From an uncultured Acidobacteriota bacterium (lineage in GTDB: Bacteria > Acidobacteriota > Vicinamibacteria > Vicinamibacterales > SCN-69-37): a DNA stretch of 64,000 nucleotides. Location: the NCBI GenBank assembly GCA_963780855.1, contig CAWADF010000008.1:164189-228188 (forward strand). Direction: 5' to 3'. The notes below the pieces were generated by a model. That model saw only the letters and a list, made by a program, of their open reading frames with translations. It was not told the DNA's origin and searched no databases. Positions 30,196 to 38,839 of the stretch are shown here, piece after piece (within the stretch, counting starts at the first letter, position 1; every line of letters begins with the position of its first letter). The translations under genes and the position numbers were made by a program.

Positions 30196-31224
30196 ATGTC
30201 TCTCACCCTGGGGATCGACACCTTTGGCGATGTGACGCTTGGACCCGGCGGGCAGCTGAAGACGCAGGCCGAGACCCTGCGCGACGTCGTGGCCGAGGCG
30301 GTGCTGGCCGAACAGGTCGGCGTGGACTGCTTCGGCGTCGGCGAGCACCACCGCCCGGACTTCGCGATCTCCGCGCCGGAAGTCGTCCTGGCCGCGATTG
30401 CCGGGCAGACCTCGCGCATCGTCCTGGGATCCGCGGTGACGGTACTGAGCACCGATGATCCCGTCCGCGTATTCCAGCGATTCTCCACACTCAACGCCGT
30501 GTCCGGCGGGCGCGCGGAGGTCATTCTGGGCCGCGGGTCGTTCACCGAGTCCTATCCGCTGTTCGGGTACGACCTGGCGAACTACGACGAGCTGTTCGAG
30601 GACAAGCTGGCGCTGTTCGCCGAACTGCTCGCCTCGGGGCCGGTGACCTGGTCGGGCACGACGCGATCGTCCCTGACGAATCAGCGGATCTATCCGCCCG
30701 TCGAGTCCGGCACGTTGCGAGCGTGGGTCGGCGTCGGCGGGAGCCCGGAGTCGGTCGTGCGCGCCGCCCGGTTCGGCCTGCCGCTCACGCTCGCGATCAT
30801 CGGCGGCAATCCGCTCCGCTTCCGGCCTTACGTGGACCTGTACCTGGAGGCGCTCGAGAAGCTCGGCAAGCCCGTTCTGCCTGTTGCCGTGCATTCGCCG
30901 GGCTACGTGGCGCCGACCGACGAGCAGGCGCGCGCCGAGCTCTGGCCGCACTACGAGAAGATGATCAACCGAATCGGCGCCGAGCGCGGCTGGCCGCCGG
31001 CGGACCGCGCGCACTTCGAGCGGGAGGCCGGGCTGACTGGCGCGCTCTGCGTCGGCTCGCCGGAGACGGTCGCGGCGAAGATCGCGGGGACGGTCAGGGC
31101 GCTGGGTCTCGCGCGCTTCGACATGAAGTACAGCAGCGGTACGCTGCCGCACGACAAGTTGAGGACGTCGATCGAGCTGTTCGGGACGAAGGTGATGCCG
31201 CGCGTTCGCGAGCTGATCGGCTAG
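30196..31224 (+). CDS. LLM-class (luciferase-like) flavin-dependent oxidoreductase
   Basis: In-frame ATG 30196 within track ORF 28957..31224(+), giving MSLTLGIDTFGDVTLGPGGQLKTQAETLRDVVAEAVLAEQVGVDCFGVGEHHRPDFAISAPEVVLAAIAGQTSRIVLGSAVTVLSTDDPVRVFQRF.. This is typical of luciferase-like monooxygenase family proteins. Confidence 0.8.
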   Translation: MSLTLGIDTFGDVTLGPGGQLKTQAETLRDVVAEAVLAEQVGVDCFGVGEHHRPDFAISAPEVVLAAIAGQTSRIVLGSAVTVLSTDDPVRVFQRFSTLNAVSGGRAEVILGRGSFTESYPLFGYDLANYDELFEDKLALFAELLASGPVTWSGTTRSSLTNQRIYPPVESGTLRAWVGVGGSPESVVRAARFGLPLTLAIIGGNPLRFRPYVDLYLEALEKLGKPVLPVAVHSPGYVAPTDEQARAELWPHYEKMINRIGAERGWPPADRAHFEREAGLTGALCVGSPETVAAKIAGTVRALGLARFDMKYSSGTLPHDKLRTSIELFGTKVMPRVRELIG

Positions 31225-31232
31225 CGTGAGCG

Positions 31233-32228
31233 CTACTTCGCCGAGGCCGCCCGGATTGCCGCCGGACTGAAGCGCATGAGCTTGCCGCCGCGCAGATCGG
31301 TCAGCCAGACCGATCCGTGGCCGACGCGCACCGAGTCGCCGCCGTCTCCGAAAAACTGCTGGACGACCTTGTTGGTGGCCGGATCGATCCGCGACAGCGG
31401 GAACTGCATCATCGTGATCCAGACGGACCCTTCACCGGCCGCAATTTCGCCGCCGCCGCCGGGCACGCCGGCCTCGATCGTCGCGTCCAGCGTCCTCGTT
31501 TTCGTGTTCACCCGGGAGATCGTGCCGTCGCCCTGGTTGAGCGTCCAGACGGCGCCCTCACCGATCGTCAGGAACCGCGGCTTCGGTCCGACGGGAATAC
31601 GATCGGTCACGGCGTTCGTCCGCGGATCCACACGCGTGAGCAGATTCCGGTCGGTGCTCGTGATCCAGACCGCGGCGTCGCCGAAGGCCACGGCGAAGGA
31701 GCCGGCTGGCACGGTGATCCTTGCCGCGATCGTGTTCGTCGCTGGATCGATGCGTGCGAGCGTGCCTTCGCGGTCGATCATGATCCAGAAACTGCCCGCG
31801 CCGACCGCCACGCCGCCCTCACTGTGGGCGATCGTCAGGGGAAACGTCGTCGTCACGTTGCCCGAGCGCAAGTCGATGCGCGAGACGCTCTTGTCGCCGC
31901 AGTTGGGCACCCACACGGTGCCGAAGCCGGCCACGAGTCCGGAGCACGGCGCCGCGCCGACGGTGATGTTCGCCACGATCCGGTTCGTCACGGGGTCGAT
32001 CCGCGTCACGGTGTTCTTGGGCGCGTTCGAAATCCAGACGTGCTCGTCGATCGCCATCCAGTCCGGCGCGCCGGGGATGTCGAAGACCGCCTCAGGCGTG
32101 ATACTGCTCATCGGCAGCTTGACGCCCGGGGTGCGGACACCCGGACGCGCTTGGCGGGCCTGTCGCGCGGCCGCCGCATGGAGGACGCCGCCGCTGCAGA
32201 GCAGCGCGAGCACGGTGATGGCTCGCAT
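31233..32228 (-). CDS. Secreted beta-propeller repeat protein (6-7 blades)
   Basis: Track ORF 31233..32228(-). Signal is MRAITVLALLCSGGVLHAAAA. A unit recurs about every 40-45 aa: VTRIDPVTNRIV, VSRIDLRSGNVT, LARIDPATNTIA, LTRVDPRTNAVT, ISRVNTKTRTLD, LSRIDPATNKVV. Confidence 0.7.
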   Translation of the reverse strand: MRAITVLALLCSGGVLHAAAARQARQARPGVRTPGVKLPMSSITPEAVFDIPGAPDWMAIDEHVWISNAPKNTVTRIDPVTNRIVANITVGAAPCSGLVAGFGTVWVPNCGDKSVSRIDLRSGNVTTTFPLTIAHSEGGVAVGAGSFWIMIDREGTLARIDPATNTIAARITVPAGSFAVAFGDAAVWITSTDRNLLTRVDPRTNAVTDRIPVGPKPRFLTIGEGAVWTLNQGDGTISRVNTKTRTLDATIEAGVPGGGGEIAAGEGSVWITMMQFPLSRIDPATNKVVQQFFGDGGDSVRVGHGSVWLTDLRGGKLMRFSPAAIRAASAK

Positions 32229-32255
32229 GGTTCGTCGGACTCCCGGCGATGCCGG

Positions 32256-32843
32256 CTACTTGCCGGCGATCTGCGTCACGGCGGCGAGGGACTTCTCGAC
32301 GTGCTGCGCGGGTGTCACTTTGTCGTCGTTGGTCGAGAACACGGCGGCGATCCTGCCGTCTGGCGCCACGACGAAGGTCGTCCGCTCGGTGAAGTCGTGA
32401 TCGATCGCCTCGCCGCGAGAATCCTTCATCCCGGGCCGCGCGGCGCTCTTCGTCAGGTTGTACGCCTGCGCAATCGCGCCGTCGGCGTCTGACGCGACGG
32501 CGATCTTGCCGGCACAGTACTGCGGGTCCGCCGAAAACGCGTTGAGGCGCGCGATGCTGTCCTGCGAGACCCCGATGATCGTCGCGTGCACGGCGTCGAA
32601 CTTCTCCCGGTTCTCCGCGAAGGTGTGGGCCTCGATGTTGCAGCCGCCGGTAAACGCCGACGGGTAGAAGTAGACGACGACCGGCCCTTTCTTCAGCGCG
32701 TCCTTCAGCGAGAACGTGAATTCCTTGCCGGCAAGCGATGCCTTGGCGGAAAAGTCGGGAGCCTTTTCGCCCTGCTTCAGGGCGGCGAGCACGGGCACCA
32801 CGAGGGCGCCAGACATCAGGGCGACGGCGAGAACACGCATCAT
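32256..32843 (-). CDS. Peroxiredoxin (AhpC/TSA-BCP-like redoxin), exported
   Basis: In-frame ATGATG at 32843 within track ORF 32256..33146(-), RBS GAGGAG. N-terminus is MMRVLAVALMSGALVVPVLAA. The peroxidatic Cys motif is VVVYFYPSAFTGGCNIEAHTF. Confidence 0.8.
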   Translation of the reverse strand: MMRVLAVALMSGALVVPVLAALKQGEKAPDFSAKASLAGKEFTFSLKDALKKGPVVVYFYPSAFTGGCNIEAHTFAENREKFDAVHATIIGVSQDSIARLNAFSADPQYCAGKIAVASDADGAIAQAYNLTKSAARPGMKDSRGEAIDHDFTERTTFVVAPDGRIAAVFSTNDDKVTPAQHVEKSLAAVTQIAGK

Positions 32844-33080
32844 GGATTGAAACTCCTCAGGAAGACAGGTCCGCTCGCATTCTCTCTGGTCATTGCCCGT
32901 CTGGCAAGCGCACGCGCCGAAGCGGGCCGCCTGCACGCTGACGGGCTGGATCCGGAGCGCCTGCCGCGTCGGCACCGCGCAGGCGAGGAGGCCGAAGGTC
33001 GTCAGCCGCGGCGACGGTCGGGCGTCGAGCCGAGCGGGGAGCCGCGCGCGTGGATCCGGCAATGGCGCTGCGGTAGTAGG

Positions 33081-33560
33081 ATGGCGGCAGCCGTGCGCGA
33101 TCACGATCCGGCGATCCTTCAGGCCATCGAGCGGCTCGTGCAGCATTCCCGCGACGGCCGCGGCGCGCCCGGCCTGTTCGTCGGGCTCGACGGCACCGGC
33201 AAGACGATGGCGGCAGACGCGCTAGCGCGCGCGTCCGGCCTCGGCGTGTTGCGCGTCGACCTGCGGGACATCGTGTCGAAGTACATCGGCGAGACGGAGA
33301 AGAATCTCGATCGATTGTTCGCCCGCGCGGAAGCGCAGGACACCGTGCTGTTCTTCGACGAAGCCGACGCGCTGTTCGGCAAGCGGACCGACGTCCGCGA
33401 CGCCCACGATCGGCACGCCAACCAGGAAGTCGCCTTCCTGCTGCGACGGATCGAGGAATCCGGCCGCCCGGCGATCCTCGCCAGCAACCAGCGGCCGCAC
33501 ATCGACGCCTCGATCCTGGAGCGGTTTCGCGTCCTGTGGCCGCCAGATTCGGCTACTTGA
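33081..33560 (+). CDS. Minimal AAA+ ATPase (CDC48-like 'ATP-binding protein' subfamily core only, 159 aa)
   Basis: In-frame ATG 33081 within track ORF 32586..33560(+). Walker A is GLFVGLDGTGKTMAADALA, followed by VSKYIGETEKNLDRLFARAE. Walker B is VLFFDEADALFGKR, followed by DRHANQEVAFLLRRIEE..ILASN. There is no N-terminal domain and no lid/C-terminal extension. Confidence 0.7.
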   Translation: MAAAVRDHDPAILQAIERLVQHSRDGRGAPGLFVGLDGTGKTMAADALARASGLGVLRVDLRDIVSKYIGETEKNLDRLFARAEAQDTVLFFDEADALFGKRTDVRDAHDRHANQEVAFLLRRIEESGRPAILASNQRPHIDASILERFRVLWPPDSAT

Positions 33561-33939
33561 TCTCCACGACGACGAGCTGGATCGTCCTGTCCGTGTCGTT
33601 GACGTCCTTGTGCATGACGCCCGGCGGCATCGGTGCTTGCCAGTACGCCTTGCCCGTCTCGTAGTGCGTCACCGTCGTCTCGCCCGACGCAGTCACGGTC
33701 TTCAAGTCGCCGCCGACGATCGCGATCACCGAGCGGTAGCGATCGTGGCGGTGGAGCGTGGACGCCGTGTGCGGCGGGATCACGCTCAGCCACGAGACCG
33801 CACGGTCGTTTTCGAACTGCGGGACGCGCTGCATCTCGGCCTGGCGCGCGGAAGCCACGCCTGACGCCGTGGCCGAGAGCGCGGCGGCCAGCGCGAGCAC
33901 GGCGAGGGACCGGGAAACCAGGCGGGGCGGCGCGGACAT
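33553..33939 (-). CDS. Secreted cupin-domain protein
   Basis: Track ORF 33553..33939(-), 128 aa. Signal is MSAPPRLVSRSLAVLALAAALSATASGVASA. The cupin-like core is ..LSVIPPHTASTLHRHDRYRSVIAIVGGDLK.. Confidence 0.65.
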   Translation of the reverse strand: MSAPPRLVSRSLAVLALAAALSATASGVASARQAEMQRVPQFENDRAVSWLSVIPPHTASTLHRHDRYRSVIAIVGGDLKTVTASGETTVTHYETGKAYWQAPMPPGVMHKDVNDTDRTIQLVVVEIK

Positions 33940-33958
33940 GAGGCCTCCGGGCTAATCC

Positions 33959-34348
33959 CTACTTGATCATCGGCGAAACGCGCTTGACCAGCTGCACGGA
34001 AATACCCCAGGGGTCGCGTAGCATCGCGACGGTGTCGCCGGTGTCGTTCGTCGCGACGTCGCCCTCGGGCGTCGCGCCCGCGTCCATCAGCCGCGTGCGC
34101 GTTGCCGCCACATCGTCGGTGCGAAACGCGATGTGGAGCACGAGCGGGTCGATGGCCCGGTAGTCCGGCACGCGCGCCTTCGGGTTGTTGTAGAACTCCA
34201 GCATGACGGCATCGCCGTCGTCGGCCAGGAAGTAACCGAACGGCGAGGCGCTCTGCGAACGCTTGACGGTCAGCCCGAGATGCGCGACGTACCACTTCGC
34301 CAGAGCTTCGGGATCGGAGACCTGGTAAGCCGTGTGCTCGATTTTCAC
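33959..34348 (-). CDS. VOC-family (glyoxalase/bleomycin-resistance fold) protein
   Basis: Track ORF 33959..34348(-), 129 aa, giving MKIEHTAYQVSDPEALAKWYVAHLGLTV...LHIAFRTDDVAATRTRLMDAGA...MLRDPWGISVQLV. Confidence 0.75.
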   Translation of the reverse strand: MKIEHTAYQVSDPEALAKWYVAHLGLTVKRSQSASPFGYFLADDGDAVMLEFYNNPKARVPDYRAIDPLVLHIAFRTDDVAATRTRLMDAGATPEGDVATNDTGDTVAMLRDPWGISVQLVKRVSPMIK

Positions 34349-34380
34349 GGCGTCATCCTATCAGCGGCGCAACGCCGCGG

Positions 34381-36074
34381 CTACTTCGGCATCGCGGGCA
34401 CGAGGCCGGGCAGGACGTAGGCGAAGAGCAGCGCCAGGATGCCCATCACCACCATCAGCAGCACGCTGTGCTTGATCGTGAAGCGGAACAGCCGGCTCTC
34501 GTCCGACGCGCGACATGCCGGTGGCGGCCACGGCCACGGCGATGCTCTGGATCGAGATCATCTTGCCCATGACGCCGGCCGCGGAGTTCACCGACGCGGT
34601 CAGGATCGGGTTGAGACCGAGCGCGTTGGCGGTCACGACCTGCAGGTTGCCGAAGAGCGCGTTGGCGGACGTGTCGCTGCCGGTCAGGAAGACGCCGAGC
34701 CAGCCGACCACGGCGCTGAAGAACGGAAAGGCGGCGCCCGTAGCCGCGAGCGCCAGCCCGAGCGTGGACGTCATGCCCGAGTAGTTCATCAGGTAGGCCA
34801 GGCCGAGCATCGACGCGATCGTCAGCATCGCCTTGGACAGCTGCTTGAACGTCGCCACGTAGACGCCCGACGAGCTGCCTGGGGCCGACGCGCAGGAACG
34901 CGGCCGCCGCAAGAGTCGCGAGAAAGCAGGCGGTGCCCGACGCGCTCAGCCAGTTCAGTGTGAAGACGGCCCCGTACGGCGCGGGCCTGGCGACGACCGG
35001 CGGCATTCGCGTGATCGCGTTGTGCAGGCCCGGAACGTTCAGCCCGTTCATGGCCGTCGGGTTCTTGGATCGACCAGGCGGGCAGCAGGCTGTTCGTCCA
35101 CCGATCGATGGCGGACTTGATCGTGGCGATGGCCCGACGACGAGCACGAACGACGACGAGCAGCAGGTAGGGCAGCCACGCCATGAACATCTCCGCCGCG
35201 GCGTGCGCCGCGCCTCGTAATCGTCGCCGGCGTGTCGCCCTCGAGCCGCATGATCGTCTTCGGCTTCCAGAACTTCAGCACGACCACCATGACGACGATG
35301 CAGGCGAGCGAGCTCATGATGTCGGTCAGCTCGGGGCCGACGAAGATTGGAGACGAGCAACTGCATCCCGGCGAACGACACGCCGCACGCGATGATGGCC
35401 GGCAGCACCTCGAACGGCGCGCTTGCGCCCGGCCATGACGACCAGCAGGTAGCCGGGGATGAGCACGGACATCATCGCGCACAGCCGGCCGACCATCGCG
35501 CTCAGCGCCAGCACCGGCAGGCCGGTGACGTTGGCCAGCGTGGTGACCGGAATGCCGATCGATCCGAATGCCACCGGCGCCGTGTTCGCGAGCAGGCAGA
35601 TGCCGGCCGCGAAGAACGGATTGAAACCGAGACCCGCGAGCATCGCGCCCGAGACGGCGACCGGCGCGCCGAAGCCCGCCGGCGCCCTCGATGAACGCGC
35701 CGAACGAAAAGGCGATGAAGATCGCCTGCAGCCGGCGGTCGTCGGTGAGGCTGCCGACCGAATCCTTGATGATCTCGAACTTGCCGGTGTCCACGGCCAG
35801 GCGGTACAGCATGATCGAGGCGAACACGATCCACGCGATGGGGAACATGCCGTACGCCGCGCCGTAGATCGTCGAGATCACCGCGAGATTCGACCGGCAT
35901 GCCGTAGACCGCGAGCGCGACGACGAGCGCCGACGCCAGGGCCGTCAGGGCCGAGATCCAGGCCGGGCGCCGCGCGACGCCGAGCATGACGAACAGCACA
36001 GCGATCGGAATCCCTGCGGCGAGGGCGCTGAGGCCAAGGCTGCCGCCAATCGGTTCGTAGTTGTGCTGCCACAT
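34381..36074 (-). pseudogene. lctP: L-lactate permease (LctP family); at least eight frame breaks
   Basis: ATG 36074 gives MWQHNYEPIGGSLGLSALAAGIPIAVLFVMLG. The protein is rebuilt by cycling through minus-strand track ORFs 35502..36215, 35048..35881, 35326..35643, 34455..35408, 34822..35190 and 34361..34912, plus a final unlisted frame ending at stop 34381-34383 (..DESRLFRFTIKHSVLLMVVMGILALLFAYVLPGLVPAMPK). The match to LctP topology is colinear (..NVPGLHNAITRMPPVV..FTLNWLSASGT..GWLGVFLTGSDTSANALFGNLQ..GKMISIQSIAVA..). The phase falls by one at every break (2,1,0,2,1,0,2,1,0). Confidence 0.8.
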
Positions 36075-36090
36075 GGGTGTGAGGTTATAC

Positions 36091-36717
36091 ATGAAATCCG
36101 TGGCCACCCGCACCCGCCCGCCCAGACCGACCTCCGCCGACCTTCGTGGCGCGGCCGGCAAAACCATCCCGGATCTGATCGCACCGGGGCTGGACGTGCT
36201 GTTCTGCGGCATCAATCCGGGGCTCTATTCAGCCGCGACGGGCTGCCATTTCGCTCGCCCGGGCAACCGGTTCTGGCCGGCGCTCTACGCGGCGGGTTTC
36301 ACGCCGCGGCGGCTGGCGCCGTGGGATCGCGACGAGCTCATCGAGTGCGGTGTCGGCATCACAAATCTGGTCCGGCGCGCGACGGTGGGGGCTGACGAGC
36401 TGACCGCCGACGAGTTGCGGACCGGAGCCCGGCGGCTGGCCCGCAAGGTCGCACGCTGGCGGCCCCGGGCGGTGGCGATCGTGGGAATCGGCGCGTACCG
36501 CACGGCGTTCGATCGGCCGCGCGCGGGTGTGGGACGCCAGCCGGAGGACATGGCGGGCGCCATGCTGTGGGTGCTGCCCAACACGAGCGGCCTCAATGCC
36601 AACCACCAGGCCGCCGATTTCGCCAGGGAGTTTCGTGCGCTTCGGAGGGCGGTCGGGCGAGCTACACGGTCAACAGGCGCTCGTACCAGGCGACGTCGTG
36701 GTACCGGCCGAACTTGA
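36091..36717 (+). CDS. mug: G/U mismatch-specific uracil-DNA glycosylase (UDG family 2, Mug-like)
   Basis: In-frame ATG 36091 within track ORF 36061..36717(+). Motifs are DVLFCGINPGLYSAATGCHFARPGNRFW and WVLPNTSGLNANH. The 3' end overlaps the convergent GNAT gene by 56 nt. Confidence 0.85.
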   Translation: MKSVATRTRPPRPTSADLRGAAGKTIPDLIAPGLDVLFCGINPGLYSAATGCHFARPGNRFWPALYAAGFTPRRLAPWDRDELIECGVGITNLVRRATVGADELTADELRTGARRLARKVARWRPRAVAIVGIGAYRTAFDRPRAGVGRQPEDMAGAMLWVLPNTSGLNANHQAADFAREFRALRRAVGRATRSTGARTRRRRGTGRT

Positions 36718-37137
36718 AGCCGACCTCGCGGAAGATTCCCACGAGCTCGAAGCCGAAGCGCTCGTGCAGCTTCACTGACGCGGCGTTCGGCAGGCACGCG
36801 CCCGCGACGATGCGATGGACGTCTTCGCCGGCGATCGACGCGAAGAGCGTCGAGTGGAGCCGCGACCCGCAACCGCGTCCGGTGGCGTCCCGGTGGAGGT
36901 ACACGCTCGACTCGACGGTCGTGCGATACGCCGGCTTCTGGCGCCATCGGCTCGTCGTCGCGTAGCCGAGCACGCGATTCGCGCGGTCCTCGGCCACGAA
37001 GAGGCGATGCGGTCCCGCCGCCGGATGCTCGTCGAACCAGCCGCGCCAATCCTCCGGCGTGAATGGCTCCAGATCGAACGTGACGGTCGTGTGGATGACG
37101 TAGTGGTTGTAGGCGAAAACCTGTCGCTCTCCCGCAC
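36662..37137 (-). CDS. GNAT-family N-acetyltransferase (phosphinothricin-acetyltransferase-like); start unresolved
   Basis: Track ORF 36662..36997(-) begins at an internal GTG. The same frame stays open upstream and reads RAGERQVFAYNHYVIHTTVTFDLEPFTPEDWRGWFDEHPAAGPHRLFVAEDRANRVLGYATTSRWRQKPAYRTTVESSVYLHRDATGRGCGSRLHSTLF.., a PAT-like N-terminus, but has no ATG/GTG/TTG. The nearest GTG (37137) is in another frame (track ORF 36772..37137). Confidence 0.65.
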
Positions 37138-37149
37138 GTGCGCGCCGCG

Positions 37150-37842
37150 TCAGAGGAAGGTTGCGATCTCTTCGAGCGGCTTCTTCCCGATGTCCGGCAC
37201 GCGCGCGTCTCTTGCCGGATAGCCGACCACCAGGATGAGAAACGGCCGCTCGTTGGCTGGACGACCGAGGATCTCGTTGAGAAAGCCCATGGGACTGGGC
37301 GTGTGCGTCAAGGACACCAGCCCGGCGTGGTGCACGGCGCTGATGAGGAATCCGGCGGCGATGCCGACTGACTCCTGCGCGTAGTAGTGCTTGACGCGGC
37401 GGCCGTCCGGCAACACGCCGAAGCTCTGCGCGAAGACGACGATCAGGTACGGCGCGGTCTCGAGGAATGGCTTGTTCGCATCAGTGCCGAGCGGCGCGAG
37501 CGCGTCGAGCCATTCCCGCGGTGCCTTGTGGTCGTAGAAGTCGCGTTCTTCGCGTTCGGCTTCGACGCGAATGCGCGCCTTGATGGCCGGCTCGCTCACG
37601 ACGACGAAGTGCCAGGGCTGCATGTTGGCGCCGCTGGGCGCGGTGCCGGCGGCCCGCACGCAGTCCTCGATCACCGCGCGCGGCACCGGCCGGCTCGAGA
37701 AGTCCCGCACCGTGCGCCGCCGGCGGATGTCGGCGTAGAACTCCGCGGCCCGGCGGATCATCTCGGATGATTCGTATTCGCGGTAGCCGGCGAGCGGCAG
37801 GAGACGAGCTGCGGTCACGCGGACCTCCGATCGGAGATTCAT
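37150..37842 (-). CDS. Nitroreductase-family flavoprotein
   Basis: Track ORF 37150..37884(-), whose listed start is TTG. ATG 37842 (MNLRSEVRV..) is preferred, with AAGG 5 nt upstream. Motifs are [14 protein letters not shown] and [17 protein letters not shown]. Confidence 0.8.
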   Translation of the reverse strand: MNLRSEVRVTAARLLPLAGYREYESSEMIRRAAEFYADIRRRRTVRDFSSRPVPRAVIEDCVRAAGTAPSGANMQPWHFVVVSEPAIKARIRVEAEREERDFYDHKAPREWLDALAPLGTDANKPFLETAPYLIVVFAQSFGVLPDGRRVKHYYAQESVGIAAGFLISAVHHAGLVSLTHTPSPMGFLNEILGRPANERPFLILVVGYPARDARVPDIGKKPLEEIATFL

Positions 37843-37866
37843 TAGACCTTGGATCACCGCGCGGTA

Positions 37867-37882
37867 GCGCGAAATTTCGCGC
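37867..37882. promoter_or_regulatory. Perfect 16-bp palindrome GCGCGAAATTTCGCGC, candidate operator upstream of the nitroreductase gene
   Basis: Read directly from the sequence: gcgcgaaa|tttcgcgc at 37867-37882, 25 nt upstream of ATG 37842, in an otherwise non-coding 166-bp gap. Confidence 0.35.
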
Positions 37883-37932
37883 AAGCAGCGTCCTGGGAGG
37901 GCGTTGCGGGAAGAGCGACGTGAAGCGGAAAC

Positions 37933-37981
37933 GGCACCGGCCTGCGGGATGACGGCGTTGGATGAAATGCAGGCCGGTGCC
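37933..37981 (-). terminator. Stem-loop (13-bp perfect stem, 23-nt loop) downstream of the OMP gene
   Basis: ggcaccggcctgc (37933-37945) pairs with gcaggccggtgcc (37969-37981). It lies 28 nt after the minus-strand stop at 38009. On the minus strand only a weak U tract follows (gttt). Confidence 0.45.
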
Positions 37982-38008
37982 CCGAAACGAACGTGGAAGA
38001 CCAGCGGG

Positions 38009-38617
38009 TCAGCGCCCGAAGTTCAGCAGGACGCCGCCGTAGATTCGATGCGCGTAGCGGTTCTCGGTGCCGAAGAAAACTGGCGCGTCATCCTTCCCCT
38101 GTACCGCGATGAAGCGGTAGTCGACGCGCACGCCCCACCGGCCCGCATACCACGTGACGCCAGCGCCGACGTTGCCGGTGAGGAACGTCTCCATCGAGTT
38201 GATCCCGAGGTCGGCGGTCTCGAACACGCTCATGCCTCCGACACCGCCGGTGACGTAGGGCACCACCGAGCCCGCCGGGATCGAGACGACGACGTTGCCG
38301 CTGTAGTTGACGGTATGCGGCGTCCTGGTGTCGTCGGCGAAGCCGGCGAGCGACTGGGTCACGCCAATCAATCCGGTCACCTCGCCCTCGACGCCGACGT
38401 ACTTGTTGAAGTTGCCGAGGATGCTGCCGCCCAGGCTGTAGTTGCCAAAGCCCGGGCCACTCGAGTTCTTGCCTTCGGTCACAAAGGTCGCGCCGCCCGG
38501 AATGATGGTGACCACGGCACGGCCTTCGGTATTGCCTCGCGTGTCCTGCGCGTAGGCCTGACCAGCACCCACGAGCAATCCACTGATGATGAATAGAGCC
38601 TTCGTTACTCGCGTCAT
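38009..38617 (-). CDS. Small outer-membrane beta-barrel protein (OmpW/porin-like, about 8 strands)
   Basis: In-frame ATG 38617 within track ORF 38009..39397(-), RBS AGGAGAAAG. Signal is [24 protein letters not shown]. Alternating Gly/aromatic beta-strand pattern runs through to ..[12 protein letters not shown]. Confidence 0.75.
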   Translation of the reverse strand: MTRVTKALFIISGLLVGAGQAYAQDTRGNTEGRAVVTIIPGGATFVTEGKNSSGPGFGNYSLGGSILGNFNKYVGVEGEVTGLIGVTQSLAGFADDTRTPHTVNYSGNVVVSIPAGSVVPYVTGGVGGMSVFETADLGINSMETFLTGNVGAGVTWYAGRWGVRVDYRFIAVQGKDDAPVFFGTENRYAHRIYGGVLLNFGR

Positions 38618-38810
38618 GAGTTTCTTTCTCCTGGGCGCTGCCGAGTGCAGGAGGTGTGCCACTTGCTGTTCGGTCGCCACGCTCGCAAAAGCGCGGTGAA
38701 TTGAGGGCGCCGCCGCCGCGCGGCCGCCGATGCGTCGGCGCGTGCCGACCGGCCGGCGCCGGCACTTCGGCACGCGCGTCGCGTTTGACAGCGTTTGGCT
38801 TCGCGCGCGC

Positions 38811-38825
38811 TGGAACGGGAATTGC
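38811..38825 (+). promoter_or_regulatory. Sigma-54-type -24/-12 motif TGGAAC-N5-TTGC immediately upstream of the RND operon
   Basis: tggaacgggaattgc at 38811-38825 has GG and GC in the canonical spacing of TGGCAC-N5-TTGC, with one mismatch in the -24 box. Caveat: the GC is only 14 nt from ATG 38840. The predicted transcript would be nearly leaderless and would exclude the AGGAAGG just before the ATG. Confidence 0.35.
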
Positions 38826-38839
38826 CCTAGGAAGGCGCC

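Noticed and set aside
33081-34348. AAA+ ATPase + cupin + VOC protein as a possible small defence or toxin module.
   Set aside because: The genes are on opposite strands and only abut by chance. Cupin and VOC are generic small enzymes. No nuclease, toxin or sensor domain is present.
18197-36074. Programmed ribosomal frameshifting or recoding as an explanation for the multi-frame genes.
   Set aside because: There are up to eight shifts per gene and no slippery heptamer or stimulatory structure at the junctions I inspected. The shifts sit in short G/C runs. Programmed shifting is never this frequent within one gene.
38785-38790. Perfect TTGACA hexamer upstream of the RND operon as a sigma-70 -35 box.
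   Set aside because: The hexamer 17 nt downstream (cgctgg) bears no resemblance to a -10 element, so there is no supporting evidence.
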